A stretch of DNA of 64,000 nucleotides from Eubacteriales bacterium (GTDB lineage: Bacteria; Bacillota; Clostridia; Oscillospirales; CAG-272): NCBI GenBank assembly GCA_045539595.1, contig JAZQFQ010000016.1:26973-90972 (forward strand). Reading direction: 5' to 3'. Position 1 is the stretch's first letter, and each line of letters starts with the position of its first letter. The notes under the pieces were generated by a model. The model made no database searches. It was given only the letters and a program-made list of their open reading frames with translations, and was not told where the DNA came from. Below are positions 50,681 to 60,609 of the stretch, piece by piece. The position numbers and the translations under genes are program-made.

Positions 50681-53017
50681 TCAAAGCACCTGCACAGATA
50701 ACTCGCCATCACAGACATTGACATGCAATGCGGAGACCTGTCCCTGTTGGTTGATAATTGCATTGGCAATGCGATCCTCAATCTCCGTCTGGATAAGCCG
50801 ACGCATATTCCGAGCACCGTATTTCGTGGAATAGGACTTTTCCGCGATCCGTTTCAAAGCTTGATCCGTCCATGTGAGCTTCATGGACTTCTCTGCCAGC
50901 ACCGATGCGCAGTCCGCCATCATCAAGGCCGCAATGCTGACAAAATCATCCTTGCTCAGCGTACGGAAGGTAATGATTTCATCCACGCGATTCAAAAACT
51001 CGGGGCGAAGGAATTCGGACAGGGATTTCATGGTGCGTTCGTGAGCCACGGCCTCCTGTTTTTCCGCAAAGCCGGCTGTATAGGATGCATTGGAGGAACC
51101 GGCATTGGTGGTCATAACAATAACGGTGTTCTCAAAACTGACCACTCTTCCCTGCGCGTCGGTCACGCGGCCGTCGTCCAGTATCTGTAGAAGAATGTTC
51201 ATTACATCCGGGTGCGCTTTTTCGATCTCATCGAACAGCACCACGGAATAGGGGCGGCGGCGGATCTTTTCCGTCAACTGCCCGGCATCATCGTAACCAA
51301 CGTATCCGGGCGGCGCGCCGATAATGCGCGACACAGAGAATTTATCCATGAATTCACTCATGTCCAGCCGGATCAGCGTCTCGGGGGTGGAAAACAACTC
51401 ACTGGCCAGTACCTTGACCAATTCCGTTTTGCCCACACCGGTAGGACCGGCAAATATGAAGGAAACCGGCTTTCTCTTATAGGCTATACCGACACGGTTG
51501 CGGCGCACCGCCCGCGCAACAGCTGACACAGCCTCAGGCTGTCCGATGATGCGGCAGGAGAGGTTGTCCTCCAGTCGGGCAAGGCGGTCATATTCACTTT
51601 CGTGAATGGTGGATGCAGGAATGCCGGTCCAGATTTCGATTACGTTTGCCAGATCTGCCACGGCCATTTCGATTTTGGCGCAGGCGTCGGACACCGCGTT
51701 GTAGCGTTCCTCCAAACGAATCAATTCTACTTTCAGATCGGCCATCCGTTTGAAGGTATCCTCGTCCGTTTCCCCTTGCGAGGCCTTTGCAGACAATGCA
51801 TCCGATTCCGCCTGCAAGGCGCTGCGTTTATCGGACAGTTCCCGTTTCTCGTTGATATCTGCTGAGGACAGTGAAATCTGCGATGCGGCCTCATCAATCA
51901 AATCAATGGCCTTATCGGGCAAATACCGCTCCGTGATATATCTCTCGCTCAACGACACAGCGGCATGCAGAACACTATCGGGTATCAAAATCCCATGATA
52001 GGCCTCGTAATAGTGCTTGATCCCCCGCAAGATCGATTCCGTGTCCTCCAAACTGGGCTCATTCACCGTTACGGGCTGGAAGCGACGCTCCAGAGCCGAA
52101 TCTTTCTCAATATATTTACGGTACTCCGTCAAAGTGGTTGCGCCGATTACCTGGATTTCGCCGCGGGACAAAGCCGGCTTCAGAATATTGGCAGCGTTCA
52201 TGCTTCCCTCCGCATCACCGGCACCGACGATGTTGTGCACCTCATCGATCACCAGGATCACGTTGCCGGCACTCTTGACATCGGAAAGAAGTCCCATCAT
52301 GCGGGATTCAAATTGGCCGCGGAACTGCGTGCCTGCCACCAGCGCAGTCAAATCCACAAGGCATACCTCACATCCGCGAAGGCGATACGGCACATTTCCC
52401 TCGGCAATTCGCTGCGCCAATGCTTCCGCAATGGCGGTTTTGCCAACACCTGGCTCGCCGATCAAGCAGGGATTGTTCTTCTGCCTGCGGCACAAAATCT
52501 GTATCACGCGATCCAGTTCCCGATCCCGTCCCACAACGCGATCCAACTCGCCGTTTTTTGCACGCTGTGTCAGATTATGGCAATAGGTAGCCAGGAACTT
52601 CTTTTCTTTCTTCTTTTCGGATGCCTTTTTATCATTTTGGGGTGCATCCTGCGGCTTTACAAACGGCATCTGCATAGCACCGCGGAACAATTTCTGCAGA
52701 TCAATGGCGGGGGCGCGGCTCTCGCCGGGAAGATCTCCGGAGGATTTATCGCCATCCTCGCCGTTATTCTCCGCTACATTCTCCGATGTGTCTTCATCGT
52801 TTTCTTCCATACCCTCGACCAGGCTTTCCATCTCGGAGCTCATCCGCTCCACGTCTTCATCGCTGAGTCCCATATTGGCAATGATATCATTCACGGGCTT
52901 GATCCCCAGTTCTTTCGCACAGCGAATGCACAAACCATCCTGTTTGGGAACACCGTTCTCCAAATGAGATATAAAAACTACGGCCATGCGTTTTTTACAT
53001 CTGGAACACATCACCAT
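50681..53017 (-). CDS. ClpC/ClpA-like double-AAA+ unfoldase with N-terminal zinc ribbon
   Basis: Walker A motifs GEPGVGKT and GPTGVGKT, a short coiled-coil middle region, and a candidate ClpP-binding loop TAGF. The N-terminus CSRCKK...CIRC replaces the Clp_N repeats. Confidence 0.8.
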   Translation of the reverse strand: MVMCSRCKKRMAVVFISHLENGVPKQDGLCIRCAKELGIKPVNDIIANMGLSDEDVERMSSEMESLVEGMEENDEDTSENVAENNGEDGDKSSGDLPGESRAPAIDLQKLFRGAMQMPFVKPQDAPQNDKKASEKKKEKKFLATYCHNLTQRAKNGELDRVVGRDRELDRVIQILCRRQKNNPCLIGEPGVGKTAIAEALAQRIAEGNVPYRLRGCEVCLVDLTALVAGTQFRGQFESRMMGLLSDVKSAGNVILVIDEVHNIVGAGDAEGSMNAANILKPALSRGEIQVIGATTLTEYRKYIEKDSALERRFQPVTVNEPSLEDTESILRGIKHYYEAYHGILIPDSVLHAAVSLSERYITERYLPDKAIDLIDEAASQISLSSADINEKRELSDKRSALQAESDALSAKASQGETDEDTFKRMADLKVELIRLEERYNAVSDACAKIEMAVADLANVIEIWTGIPASTIHESEYDRLARLEDNLSCRIIGQPEAVSAVARAVRRNRVGIAYKRKPVSFIFAGPTGVGKTELVKVLASELFSTPETLIRLDMSEFMDKFSVSRIIGAPPGYVGYDDAGQLTEKIRRRPYSVVLFDEIEKAHPDVMNILLQILDDGRVTDAQGRVVSFENTVIVMTTNAGSSNASYTAGFAEKQEAVAHERTMKSLSEFLRPEFLNRVDEIITFRTLSKDDFVSIAALMMADCASVLAEKSMKLTWTDQALKRIAEKSYSTKYGARNMRRLIQTEIEDRIANAIINQQGQVSALHVNVCDGELSVQVL

Positions 53018-53068
53018 ACATTTATCACCATATCTGCGCACGGCGCAGCCTTTCTTTAGTAAAACACA

Positions 53069-53794
53069 TTACGGAAGTATCTGATGAATTACATCGTCTA
53101 CCGTATTATTGGCAAAAAATTTCAATATAACAGAATTCTCAATCACAGATTCGCTGAACAGATCCGGAGAGATTGATGTCATAGCGTGAATGAACGGTAC
53201 GGACAGAGAACTGAGGACCCAAGCCCACACCAAAGCAATCACGACACCGACAAGCAAGCCAAGAAACGTGTTGGCTGTTTTCAGGACAGGAAGCTGGAAA
53301 ATCAAATCCAGAATCCAGGTAAGCAGTTTCAAAACGATCACGGATGCAATAAAAATCAGAAGAAACGCCAATACGTCAGAGATTACGTTTACCACCGGGG
53401 CGGCAATCATCTCGGACAGAGTATCCACCGCACTTTCTTCTGCCTGCGGATGCACGGGAGCTGTCTGGCTCAATGTGCCCTCATCCGCATTATAGCGGTC
53501 GATAATCTGCTGGAATGCATCGGGCATATCCTGAAACATTTTCTCCAGATTGAATGTACCCTCATCGTTGCGGGACAGAGATTTTATGGTATCGCCGATG
53601 GAGTCCGGAACATTCTCTATCCATTCGGAATCATGTATATATTGGGAAACGGCAGGGGTGAATGCATAAGCAAGGAACAGTGCAGCAACCAGTGTGAAAA
53701 CGCCCATTACCGACTTGATAAATCCGCGTTTCGCACCGAGAATAACAGAAGTTACACAAACCAGCAAAATGATTCCGTCAAACACCAAACTCAT
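53069..53794 (-). CDS. cvpA: CvpA family membrane protein
   Basis: 241 aa. N-terminal and C-terminal clusters of TM helices surround an acidic loop, which is the CvpA-like organisation. Confidence 0.6.
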   Translation of the reverse strand: MSLVFDGIILLVCVTSVILGAKRGFIKSVMGVFTLVAALFLAYAFTPAVSQYIHDSEWIENVPDSIGDTIKSLSRNDEGTFNLEKMFQDMPDAFQQIIDRYNADEGTLSQTAPVHPQAEESAVDTLSEMIAAPVVNVISDVLAFLLIFIASVIVLKLLTWILDLIFQLPVLKTANTFLGLLVGVVIALVWAWVLSSLSVPFIHAMTSISPDLFSESVIENSVILKFFANNTVDDVIHQILP

Positions 53795-53820
53795 AATCGA
53801 TCACCTCATAGGATAATATA

Positions 53821-55026
53821 TTACTGAAAATCCACTGACGATGCATTTCCGGGAAAGCACAAAACCGCTCGTCCATCAATTTCGCACACATGCAGCAAGC
53901 TGCCGACAAACTGCGCTGATTGGACGTCGTCGGCGGTTATATATTTCACAGTGTTTTCAAGGGATACATAGATGCCGTCAACCATATCGGATGCGGTGAT
54001 GTCGGAGATTTTCCCATCCATCACAGTATCCATTACAACCGATCCGGCTGCATTATATACGAGAATGCGATTGGTGTTTCCCAGAACATTTTCACTGCAT
54101 GCCACGGTGATAAGCCGACCGGAAACATCAAATTGGGAAAGGGCCATGGGAGATAAGGATATATCGGCGATTGTTTGGCCGTCAGCGGACAGGATCATGA
54201 CCGAATTATCGCATACCACAGCCAGATTTCCACCGCTCATATACCGACAGTATATGGGCAGTCTGTCTCCCAAAGATACGGTATAGGAATCCTCTGTTCC
54301 AATATGCAGAAATGAGATTTCCGATGCAAGCGTCCAGTTGTCCGGATGAGCGGAAAGAATGGCAATGTTCTCCCCTTTTTCGTCCAGCGCAACACCGGTG
54401 ATGTAGGAATCTCTGTAAATGCGCTCTACATTTTTAAAGGATGCGTTGAATACATCAATCACATACTTGGATTCCGAACTGCTCGACACAATCGCATACT
54501 GACCCCCGTCACTGATGGAAGCAGAAAGAATGTTCCCCTCCATCGTACCGCCGGACACCCGAGCCAGAGTAGTCAGCAGCGAATACTCCCTGCCTCCCTC
54601 ATCATACAGAAGCATATACTTGGCCCCTGTAAGAAGCACAGGGGTCTTATATGAAACAGGATCCCGAAAAACGGAGTTGCCAGCCGCATCGTACAGACGC
54701 ACGCCGGATGAACCGGCCACCGCCAAGGTGTTCTTGAAGACAGAGAACGACATATTCTGCTGTTCTTCATACACAACGGATGTAAATGCGCCGGATGCTG
54801 AGGACGAAATATTAAAATCGCGCATCAAATACAGGAAGTTTTCGTGCGTAATGCTGTTTCTCCCGACCGCAAGCATACCCACGAGATACACGGTAAACAG
54901 CAAAAGAGTAATCCATTTTGCCGCACAAAAGCGGGAGGAAACATGCATATAATACCGATTGTATGCATTGTTTTCACGAATAATCGCCTCTGTGCGGATA
55001 GGCACTCGCTTATCATCCCGAGCCAT
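53821..55026 (-). CDS. hypothetical membrane-anchored protein (single N-terminal TM, beta-rich extracytoplasmic domain; possibly DUF5711-type)
   Basis: 401 aa with one TM (WITLLLFTVYLVGMLAV). There are no enzymatic motifs. Confidence 0.45.
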   Translation of the reverse strand: MARDDKRVPIRTEAIIRENNAYNRYYMHVSSRFCAAKWITLLLFTVYLVGMLAVGRNSITHENFLYLMRDFNISSSASGAFTSVVYEEQQNMSFSVFKNTLAVAGSSGVRLYDAAGNSVFRDPVSYKTPVLLTGAKYMLLYDEGGREYSLLTTLARVSGGTMEGNILSASISDGGQYAIVSSSSESKYVIDVFNASFKNVERIYRDSYITGVALDEKGENIAILSAHPDNWTLASEISFLHIGTEDSYTVSLGDRLPIYCRYMSGGNLAVVCDNSVMILSADGQTIADISLSPMALSQFDVSGRLITVACSENVLGNTNRILVYNAAGSVVMDTVMDGKISDITASDMVDGIYVSLENTVKYITADDVQSAQFVGSLLHVCEIDGRAVLCFPGNASSVDFQ

Positions 55027-55057
55027 CGGTAAACCTCCCTTAGGTATTCAGTATTTG

Positions 55058-55852
55058 TTACAAGCAAATCCACCGGATCTCCCGATCGTATTTCACATCA
55101 TACAGATACAAACCGTCCGGCGGTGCGGTGAATCCCGCACAGGATCGGCTGCACTCCATCAACGCCGTGCGGATGTCCTCCGCTGATTTTCGGTCGTATG
55201 CGGCGTCGATCAGGGACCCGGCCATAATACGAACCATATTGTACAGAAAACCGTTCGCTTCCACACGATAGAGAATCTGTTCGCCGTCCCGGCGGACATG
55301 GGCCGCATACACCGTCCGCGTAGTATCCTCGACAGAGGAACCGGCAGCCATAAATCCAGAAAAATCATGCGTCCCCACAAACAGTTGAGCAATCGCATTC
55401 ATTCTTTCCAATGCAGATTCATCGATCCGCCTGGGTTCATGGTGCGCGCGATGCTGCAGAAAGGGATCCCGGTAGGGCGCGTTATGGATACGGTATTCAT
55501 AGGTTTTACTGACCACATTGTACCGGGGATGAAAATCATCCGCCACATGAGCCGCGGCAATCACCGCGATATCATCGGGCAAAAGCACATTAATGGCACG
55601 ATGGATTTTTTCCACCGGAACACGGCACCAATCGGTGTCGGATACGGAAGCGTCCGCCGGTGTTACCGTGGCACAGAAGCCGAGGGCATGGACACCACTG
55701 TCCGTTCGACTGCATCCTGTGACATGACAGGGGAAGCCAAATAGGCGGGAAAACGCCTCCGTCAGCACAGCCTGCACCGTAATGCCGTTGGGCTGTGTCT
55801 GAAAGCCGCAGTACCCTGCACCGTTATAGCGAATCTTTAAAAGAATTTTCAT
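55058..55852 (-). CDS. truA: tRNA pseudouridine(38-40) synthase
   Basis: N-terminal YNGAGYCGFQTQ and the catalytic-Asp motif RTDSGVHA. It follows the ecf genes, as in other Firmicutes. Confidence 0.9.
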   Translation of the reverse strand: MKILLKIRYNGAGYCGFQTQPNGITVQAVLTEAFSRLFGFPCHVTGCSRTDSGVHALGFCATVTPADASVSDTDWCRVPVEKIHRAINVLLPDDIAVIAAAHVADDFHPRYNVVSKTYEYRIHNAPYRDPFLQHRAHHEPRRIDESALERMNAIAQLFVGTHDFSGFMAAGSSVEDTTRTVYAAHVRRDGEQILYRVEANGFLYNMVRIMAGSLIDAAYDRKSAEDIRTALMECSRSCAGFTAPPDGLYLYDVKYDREIRWICL

Positions 55853-55856
55853 AGCA

Positions 55857-56681
55857 TTACCAGGTCAGCATATAGCCGCCGAACCGATTCAGTACAAGAA
55901 TCCCCGCTCCAAGTGCCGCAACAAGCACACAGGCCACATAATCCATGGCGCCGGCATGGAGCACGTTCATACGCGTGCGTCCGTCACCGCCCGTATAGCA
56001 CCGGCATTCCATGGCGGTAGCCAACTCATCGGCACGACGGAAGGCGGATACAAACAAGGGTACGAGAATCGGCACCAAGGCTTTCGCACGCTGAAGCAGC
56101 GATCCGGTGGAAAAATCCGCACCGCGGGCCTTCTGCGCATTCATGATCTTCTGCGTTTCTTCCGTCAGTGTGGGGATGAAACGCAAAGCGATTGTCATCA
56201 TCATCGAAAATTCATGCACGGGCAATCCGATTTTTTTCAAGGGAGAAAGAAGCTGCTCCAGACCGTCTGTAAGTGCAATCGGCGTAGTGGTGAACGTCAT
56301 AAAAATCGTCGTACCGATCAGCAGAATGATGATACGGACCGCAATCAGAACCGCATTGATAATACCTTCCAGATAGATCCGGATAAAGCCGAGAGAAACA
56401 AGCAAAGTCTCCCCTTCCATCCAGAAAATGTTGATCACTGCAGTGAACAATAGGATGATCACCAGCGGTTTCATGCTTTTCAAAACGATTCGCAAAGGGA
56501 TACCGGACACAGCGATCAAAAAGACGGCCGACAGGAGCAGCAGCGCAAACGCGTACAGATTTTTGGCGAGGAATACCGCCACGATATACATGATCGCGGC
56601 AATAATCTTCGCCCGGGGATCCATCCGGTGAAGGATGGAATTCCCCTCGCAGTACTGGCCGAAGGAAATATCCAGATTCAT
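55857..56681 (-). CDS. ecfT: energy-coupling factor transporter transmembrane subunit
   Basis: Polytopic 274-aa protein with the ARG/AxxxA coupling-helix region (MNAQKARGADF). The start overlaps the ecfA2 stop. Confidence 0.85.
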   Translation of the reverse strand: MNLDISFGQYCEGNSILHRMDPRAKIIAAIMYIVAVFLAKNLYAFALLLLSAVFLIAVSGIPLRIVLKSMKPLVIILLFTAVINIFWMEGETLLVSLGFIRIYLEGIINAVLIAVRIIILLIGTTIFMTFTTTPIALTDGLEQLLSPLKKIGLPVHEFSMMMTIALRFIPTLTEETQKIMNAQKARGADFSTGSLLQRAKALVPILVPLFVSAFRRADELATAMECRCYTGGDGRTRMNVLHAGAMDYVACVLVAALGAGILVLNRFGGYMLTW

Positions 56682-57538
56682 ATCTGCCCCCCTCCGATCT
56701 TTGCAAGAATCTGCGATGCGGCGTACTTTACAGTATAAATATCCGCTCCGATATCGATGCCGTGCTTGCGTAACTCGTCCGCCACATAGGTGATCTGCGG
56801 TACATCCAGCCCCACATTCAGCAGTTCATTGTACCGACCGAACACCTCGGAACAAGTACCGTCCATAGCCACTTTACCGGCAGACATAACGATGATGCGA
56901 TCGCAGTACATAGCCATATCTTCCATGCTGTGGCTGACAATAATCACGGATGTTCCGCTGCTGCGCTGGAACTCACGGATACGCCCCAGAATTTCCCGTC
57001 GTCCACCCGGATCCAATCCGGCCGCCGGCTCATCCAGCACAAGAATCTCGGGGCGCATGGCGATAACGCCGGCCAATGCGGCACGACGCTTCTGTCCGCC
57101 GGATAATTCAAAGGGGGACTTGTCAAGCAAATTCTCGTCCAGGCCTGCAAAATGCACCGCGTCCATTACGCGCTGGTCAATCTCTGCCTTACTCAGCCCC
57201 ATATTCTTGGGACCAAAGGCAATGTCATCGCGCACCGTTTCATCAAACAACTGATACTCCGGATACTGCATAACCACGCCTACCCGGAATCGGATATCGC
57301 GAATCTTCTTGGGATCCTCCCAGATGTCTTTTCCGTCAAGCAGCACTTGTCCGGATGTGGGCTTCAAAATACCGTTCAAAAGCTGCACAAGCGTGGATTT
57401 ACCACTGCCCGTGTGTCCCATAAATCCGGTCATCACCGATCCGCCCAGGTGCAGATTTATATTATCCAGCGCCCGTATTTCGTACGGCTCACCGGCACCG
57501 TATACAAAAGAAACATTTTTCAGTTCAATCTGAAACAT
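56678..57538 (-). CDS. ecfA2: energy-coupling factor transporter ATPase
   Basis: Walker A GHTGSGKST, signature LSGGQKRR and Walker B ILVLDEP. Confidence 0.85.
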   Translation of the reverse strand: MFQIELKNVSFVYGAGEPYEIRALDNINLHLGGSVMTGFMGHTGSGKSTLVQLLNGILKPTSGQVLLDGKDIWEDPKKIRDIRFRVGVVMQYPEYQLFDETVRDDIAFGPKNMGLSKAEIDQRVMDAVHFAGLDENLLDKSPFELSGGQKRRAALAGVIAMRPEILVLDEPAAGLDPGGRREILGRIREFQRSSGTSVIIVSHSMEDMAMYCDRIIVMSAGKVAMDGTCSEVFGRYNELLNVGLDVPQITYVADELRKHGIDIGADIYTVKYAASQILAKIGGGQI

Positions 57539-57572
57539 TCTGATTTTCTACCCTCCATACCGCGGCGACAAA

Positions 57573-58454
57573 TCACTCACCGCGGGTATCAGCGATTCGT
57601 TTCATGGCCGCTGCTACCTCAGCGGCACATTCAGCCTGATCGAAAATGTCAGTACGCACGTCCAATCCGTTTTGCTTCAGCAAATACAGCAATTCCGTGG
57701 TCTGCGGCACATCCAAGCGGATATTCCACAATTTTTCCGGCTGCGAAAATACTTCTTCTGGTGTTCCGTCCATAAAGATCTTACCCTTGTCCATCACTAC
57801 AACCCGATCCGCATGCATGGCTTCATTCATGTAGTGAGTGATGTGCAAAACGGTAATTCCTTCTTCCCGATTCAGACGAACGATCGTGTCCATAACTTCC
57901 TTTCGTCCCACGGGATCCAACATGGCGGTACTTTCATCAAAAATGATGCATTTGCGCCGCATGGCGATGACACCGGCGATGGCCACCCGCTGTTTCTGAC
58001 CGCCCGACAGCTTATGAGACATATGGCGGGCGTATTTGGTCATACCCACAAGGCGCAAGGCCTCATCCACCCGATGGCGGATCTTCTCAGACGGGATTCC
58101 CAGATTCTCCACACCGAACGCCACATCTTCTTCCACGATAGTGGCAACGATCTGATTATCCGGATTCTGAAACACCATACCCACATCCCGGCGAGCCTTG
58201 AGAACGTCCTCGTCGGTCACATCATCTGCCGACATATCCTTTCCCCGGATGATTACAGATCCGGAATCCGGTACCAAAACCAAACTCAGCATTTTGGCAA
58301 GTGTAGATTTTCCGCTTCCGTTGTGTCCGAGGATGGCCACAAAAGATCCTTCCTCAATAGACAGATTCACATGATCCAGCGCGTTACGCGTCGCTTTTCC
58401 ATCCTCCGCGGGATAGGCGAACGTCACATCTTTGACTTCGATAATTTTTCCCAT
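57573..58454 (-). CDS. ecfA1: energy-coupling factor transporter ATPase
   Basis: Walker A GHNGSGKST, signature LSGGQKQR and Walker B CIIFDES. ATG 58454; the ORF-track start 58493 is an extension. Confidence 0.85.
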   Translation of the reverse strand: MGKIIEVKDVTFAYPAEDGKATRNALDHVNLSIEEGSFVAILGHNGSGKSTLAKMLSLVLVPDSGSVIIRGKDMSADDVTDEDVLKARRDVGMVFQNPDNQIVATIVEEDVAFGVENLGIPSEKIRHRVDEALRLVGMTKYARHMSHKLSGGQKQRVAIAGVIAMRRKCIIFDESTAMLDPVGRKEVMDTIVRLNREEGITVLHITHYMNEAMHADRVVVMDKGKIFMDGTPEEVFSQPEKLWNIRLDVPQTTELLYLLKQNGLDVRTDIFDQAECAAEVAAAMKRIADTRGE

Positions 58455-58458
58455 TGCC

Positions 58459-59349
58459 TTACTTTCCCTTTCTCTCCCACCGCGCGCTGGCACCGGCAGG
58501 CAGATACAGCCCGCTTTGCGTCACGGGCAATGCCAACTCACCGGTGGACAATGTACCGCTTTTGGCAATCGGTTCCGGCAGAAGATCCATCAGCATATAT
58601 CCCATGGATGCGGGCGACAAACCGGTCGTGTATGAGTTGATCAAAAAGAACAGCGGTTTGTCCGTCAGAATCTGCACTACCAACGACAAAAGATCGTAGG
58701 CACACTCCTCCAGTTTCCACACTTCCCCATTCGGTCCCCGACCGTATGAGGGTGGGTCCATAATCACACCGTCGTACCGATTGCCCCGGCGGATCTCCCG
58801 CTCCACAAATTTTCGGCAATCGTCAACAATATAGCGCACAGGCGCATCTACCAAGCCGGACAAGCGCAGATTCTCTTTAGCCGCCTGCACCATGCCTTTG
58901 GATGCATCCACGTGGCACACCGCCGCACCGGCTTTAGCCGCCGCGGCCGTAGCACCTCCGGTGTACGCAAATAGATTCAGCACTTTCGGCTGATATTCCG
59001 GATTATTCGCACGCGCCTCACGGATAATGCCAGAAAACCAATCCCAATTGACTGCTTGTTCCGGAAACAGTCCGGTGTGCTTGAATCCCATAGGACGGAG
59101 TTTGAACTCCAACTCACCGTATCGGATGTTCCAATCGGCAGGCATCTTGGAAACCACCCACTGGCCGCCGCCGCTTTTTGCACGACGATACACACCGTGG
59201 GGCCGATTCCACAACGGATGCCGGCGGGGAGAGTTCCAGATCACCTGCGGGTCCGGACGGATCAAAATATATTTTCCCCATCTTTCCAGACGCTCGCCAT
59301 TCGTTGCATCCAGCAATTCATAATCTTTCCAATTCTCGTTTATAAACAT
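58459..59349 (-). CDS. class I SAM-dependent (rRNA) methyltransferase, RlmI/RlmK-like
   Basis: Motif I NLFAYTGGATAAAA and motif IV IMDPPSYG. 296 aa. Confidence 0.7.
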   Translation of the reverse strand: MFINENWKDYELLDATNGERLERWGKYILIRPDPQVIWNSPRRHPLWNRPHGVYRRAKSGGGQWVVSKMPADWNIRYGELEFKLRPMGFKHTGLFPEQAVNWDWFSGIIREARANNPEYQPKVLNLFAYTGGATAAAAKAGAAVCHVDASKGMVQAAKENLRLSGLVDAPVRYIVDDCRKFVEREIRRGNRYDGVIMDPPSYGRGPNGEVWKLEECAYDLLSLVVQILTDKPLFFLINSYTTGLSPASMGYMLMDLLPEPIAKSGTLSTGELALPVTQSGLYLPAGASARWERKGK

Positions 59350-59362
59350 ACTTCCTCCGGAC

Positions 59363-59896
59363 CTATTTTTGTCCTTTCAGCATACCGCCGATGGCCGTAG
59401 GCTGATTGTAATATTTTCCCAGACCGGATCCGCCGGTGTGCGCGTGGCAAATGGCAATAGCAATAGCGTCCGCCGTATCATCCGGTTTGGGCGGTTCTTT
59501 TAGGCCAAGCATAAGCGTTACCATGGAGATCACCTGCTTTTTCTCTGCCTTTCCGTACCCGACCACTGCCTGTTTTACCTGCATGGGTGTGTATTCAAAA
59601 ATCGGGACACCGTGCCGCTTGGCACACAATAAAACAACGCCGCGGGCTTCCGCCACCACAATTCCGGTGGTAACGTTGGTATTCCAAAACAATTCCTCGA
59701 CCGCAATCGCGTCTGGCCTGTACTTCTCTATGATTTCGGAGAGACGTTCATAAATCTGTGCAAGTCGATCTTCTACAGGAAGTCCAGCCTTCGTCTGAAC
59801 AGAACCGTATGCTATGGGCCTAAAGCGGTTTGTGCTGTATTGCAGAACGCCCCAGCCGACAATTGCAAGCCCGGGATCCACGCCAAGAATTACCAT
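59363..59896 (-). CDS. ruvC: crossover junction endodeoxyribonuclease RuvC
   Basis: ILGVDPGLAIVGWGV N-terminus with the catalytic Asp. 177 aa. AGGAGGGGG SD. Confidence 0.88.
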   Translation of the reverse strand: MVILGVDPGLAIVGWGVLQYSTNRFRPIAYGSVQTKAGLPVEDRLAQIYERLSEIIEKYRPDAIAVEELFWNTNVTTGIVVAEARGVVLLCAKRHGVPIFEYTPMQVKQAVVGYGKAEKKQVISMVTLMLGLKEPPKPDDTADAIAIAICHAHTGGSGLGKYYNQPTAIGGMLKGQK

Positions 59897-60004
59897 AGCC
59901 CCCTCCTATATACGTATTCAGTATATTATACCACACTCGTTGTCGCAAGTCAATTTTTTTGATGAAACAATCTATAGTGTATTGTTCTTTTTCAGTCGAG
60001 CAAC

Positions 60005-60033
60005 TTGACAAAAAACGGATAATGTGATACCAT
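60005..60033 (+). promoter_or_regulatory. promoter reading into the tRNA-like repeat / tRNA-Pro region
   Basis: TTGACA (60005-60010), a 17-nt spacer ending in TGa, then TACCAT (60028-60033). It is divergent from ruvC. Confidence 0.5.
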
Positions 60034-60083
60034 AATGGGGTGGATTCCGAAAGCTATGAACAAAAATAATAACCGAATAATCA

Positions 60084-60123
60084 TCGGGGTGTTGCCTAAT
60101 GGTAAGGCGCTTGGTTTGGGAGC
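60084..60123 (+). repeat. tRNA-like 5' half (acceptor + D arm + UGG anticodon-loop string), copy 1
   Basis: The 40-nt string TCGGGGTGTTGCCTAATGGTAAGGCGCTTGGTTTGGGAGC is identical to 60269-60308. It has no matching 3' half. Confidence 0.85.
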
Positions 60124-60224
60124 GTGCAGTGGTCTTCGGCTACGGTTTCTGAATAAGCGAGCAATCGGGCGAAAAACGGCGGAAACGCGAGTAAATCGTG
60201 ATCGAGCGGCGGCGGAAAATGCGG

Positions 60225-60244
60225 TTTGACCACAGGTTTGACCA
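60225..60244 (+). repeat. TTTGACCA direct-repeat pair (site 1)
   Basis: TTTGACCACAGGTTTGACCA: two octamers with a 12-nt period. Confidence 0.8.
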
Positions 60245-60268
60245 TAGTTGAGAAAAAATTGAATATTT

Positions 60269-60308
60269 TCGGGGTGTTGCCTAATGGTAAGGCGCTTGGT
60301 TTGGGAGC
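60269..60308 (+). repeat. tRNA-like 5' half, copy 2
   Basis: Exact 40-nt repeat of 60084-60123, 185 nt downstream. The flanks are unrelated. Confidence 0.85.
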
Positions 60309-60389
60309 TAAGTATATCGCAAGACCCCAATCCTCAAAAACCCGCATAAACACTGGACTTTTCGCACTTTATATTTCCTAAAAGTATCG

Positions 60390-60411
60390 TTTGACCACAA
60401 TTTTGACCAGT
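60390..60411 (+). repeat. TTTGACCA direct-repeat pair (site 2)
   Basis: TTTGACCACAATTTTGACCAGT is identical over 22 nt to 60610-60631. Confidence 0.85.
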
Positions 60412-60428
60412 TCTGTAAACCCTCTTAT

Positions 60429-60442
60429 TTTGACCACAATTT
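60429..60442 (+). repeat. TTTGACCA single site immediately upstream of tRNA-Pro
   Basis: TTTGACCACAATTT ends 8 nt before the tRNA. Confidence 0.75.
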
Positions 60443-60449
60443 CATACCT

Positions 60450-60525
60450 CGGGGTGTAGCGCAGTTGGTAGCGCGCTTGCTTTGGGAGCAAGATGCCGCA
60501 GGTTCGAATCCTGTCACTCCGACCA
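60450..60525 (+). tRNA. tRNA-Pro (anticodon UGG), CCA encoded
   Basis: Manual cloverleaf: acceptor CGGGGTG/CACTCCG; D arm GCGC-AGTTGGTA-GCGC; anticodon arm CTTGC-TTTGGGA-GCAAG with G37; T arm GCAGG-TTCGAAT-CCTGT; discriminator A, then CCA. Confidence 0.93.
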
Positions 60526-60530
60526 AAAAT

Positions 60531-60574
60531 CGACCGATTTCGAGGCTAAAAACCTTGAAAATCGGTCGTTTTTT
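60531..60574 (+). terminator. rho-independent terminator after tRNA-Pro
   Basis: A 10-bp outer stem (CGACCGATTT / AAATCGGTCG) plus a 5-bp inner stem, followed by TTTTTT. Confidence 0.8.
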
Positions 60575-60609
60575 CGTTACTGTGCACAAATTCTGATTTT
60601 TGCCCCGAT

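Noticed and set aside
60084-60330. Idea that the orphan tRNA 5' halves are exons of intron-containing or split tRNA genes
   Set aside because: No complementary 3' acceptor strand (CACCCCG) or T arm follows either copy. The sequence after the anticodon-loop string cannot close the anticodon stem. Only a 5-bp GGGGT/ACCCC pairing is available for copy 2.
59992-60353. Minus-strand ORFs (112 aa and 85 aa) containing the repeated peptide PKPSALPLGNTP
   Set aside because: The repeated peptide is simply the translation of the two 40-nt tRNA-like repeats. There is no SD, and the ORFs overlap the promoter and tRNA-like elements.
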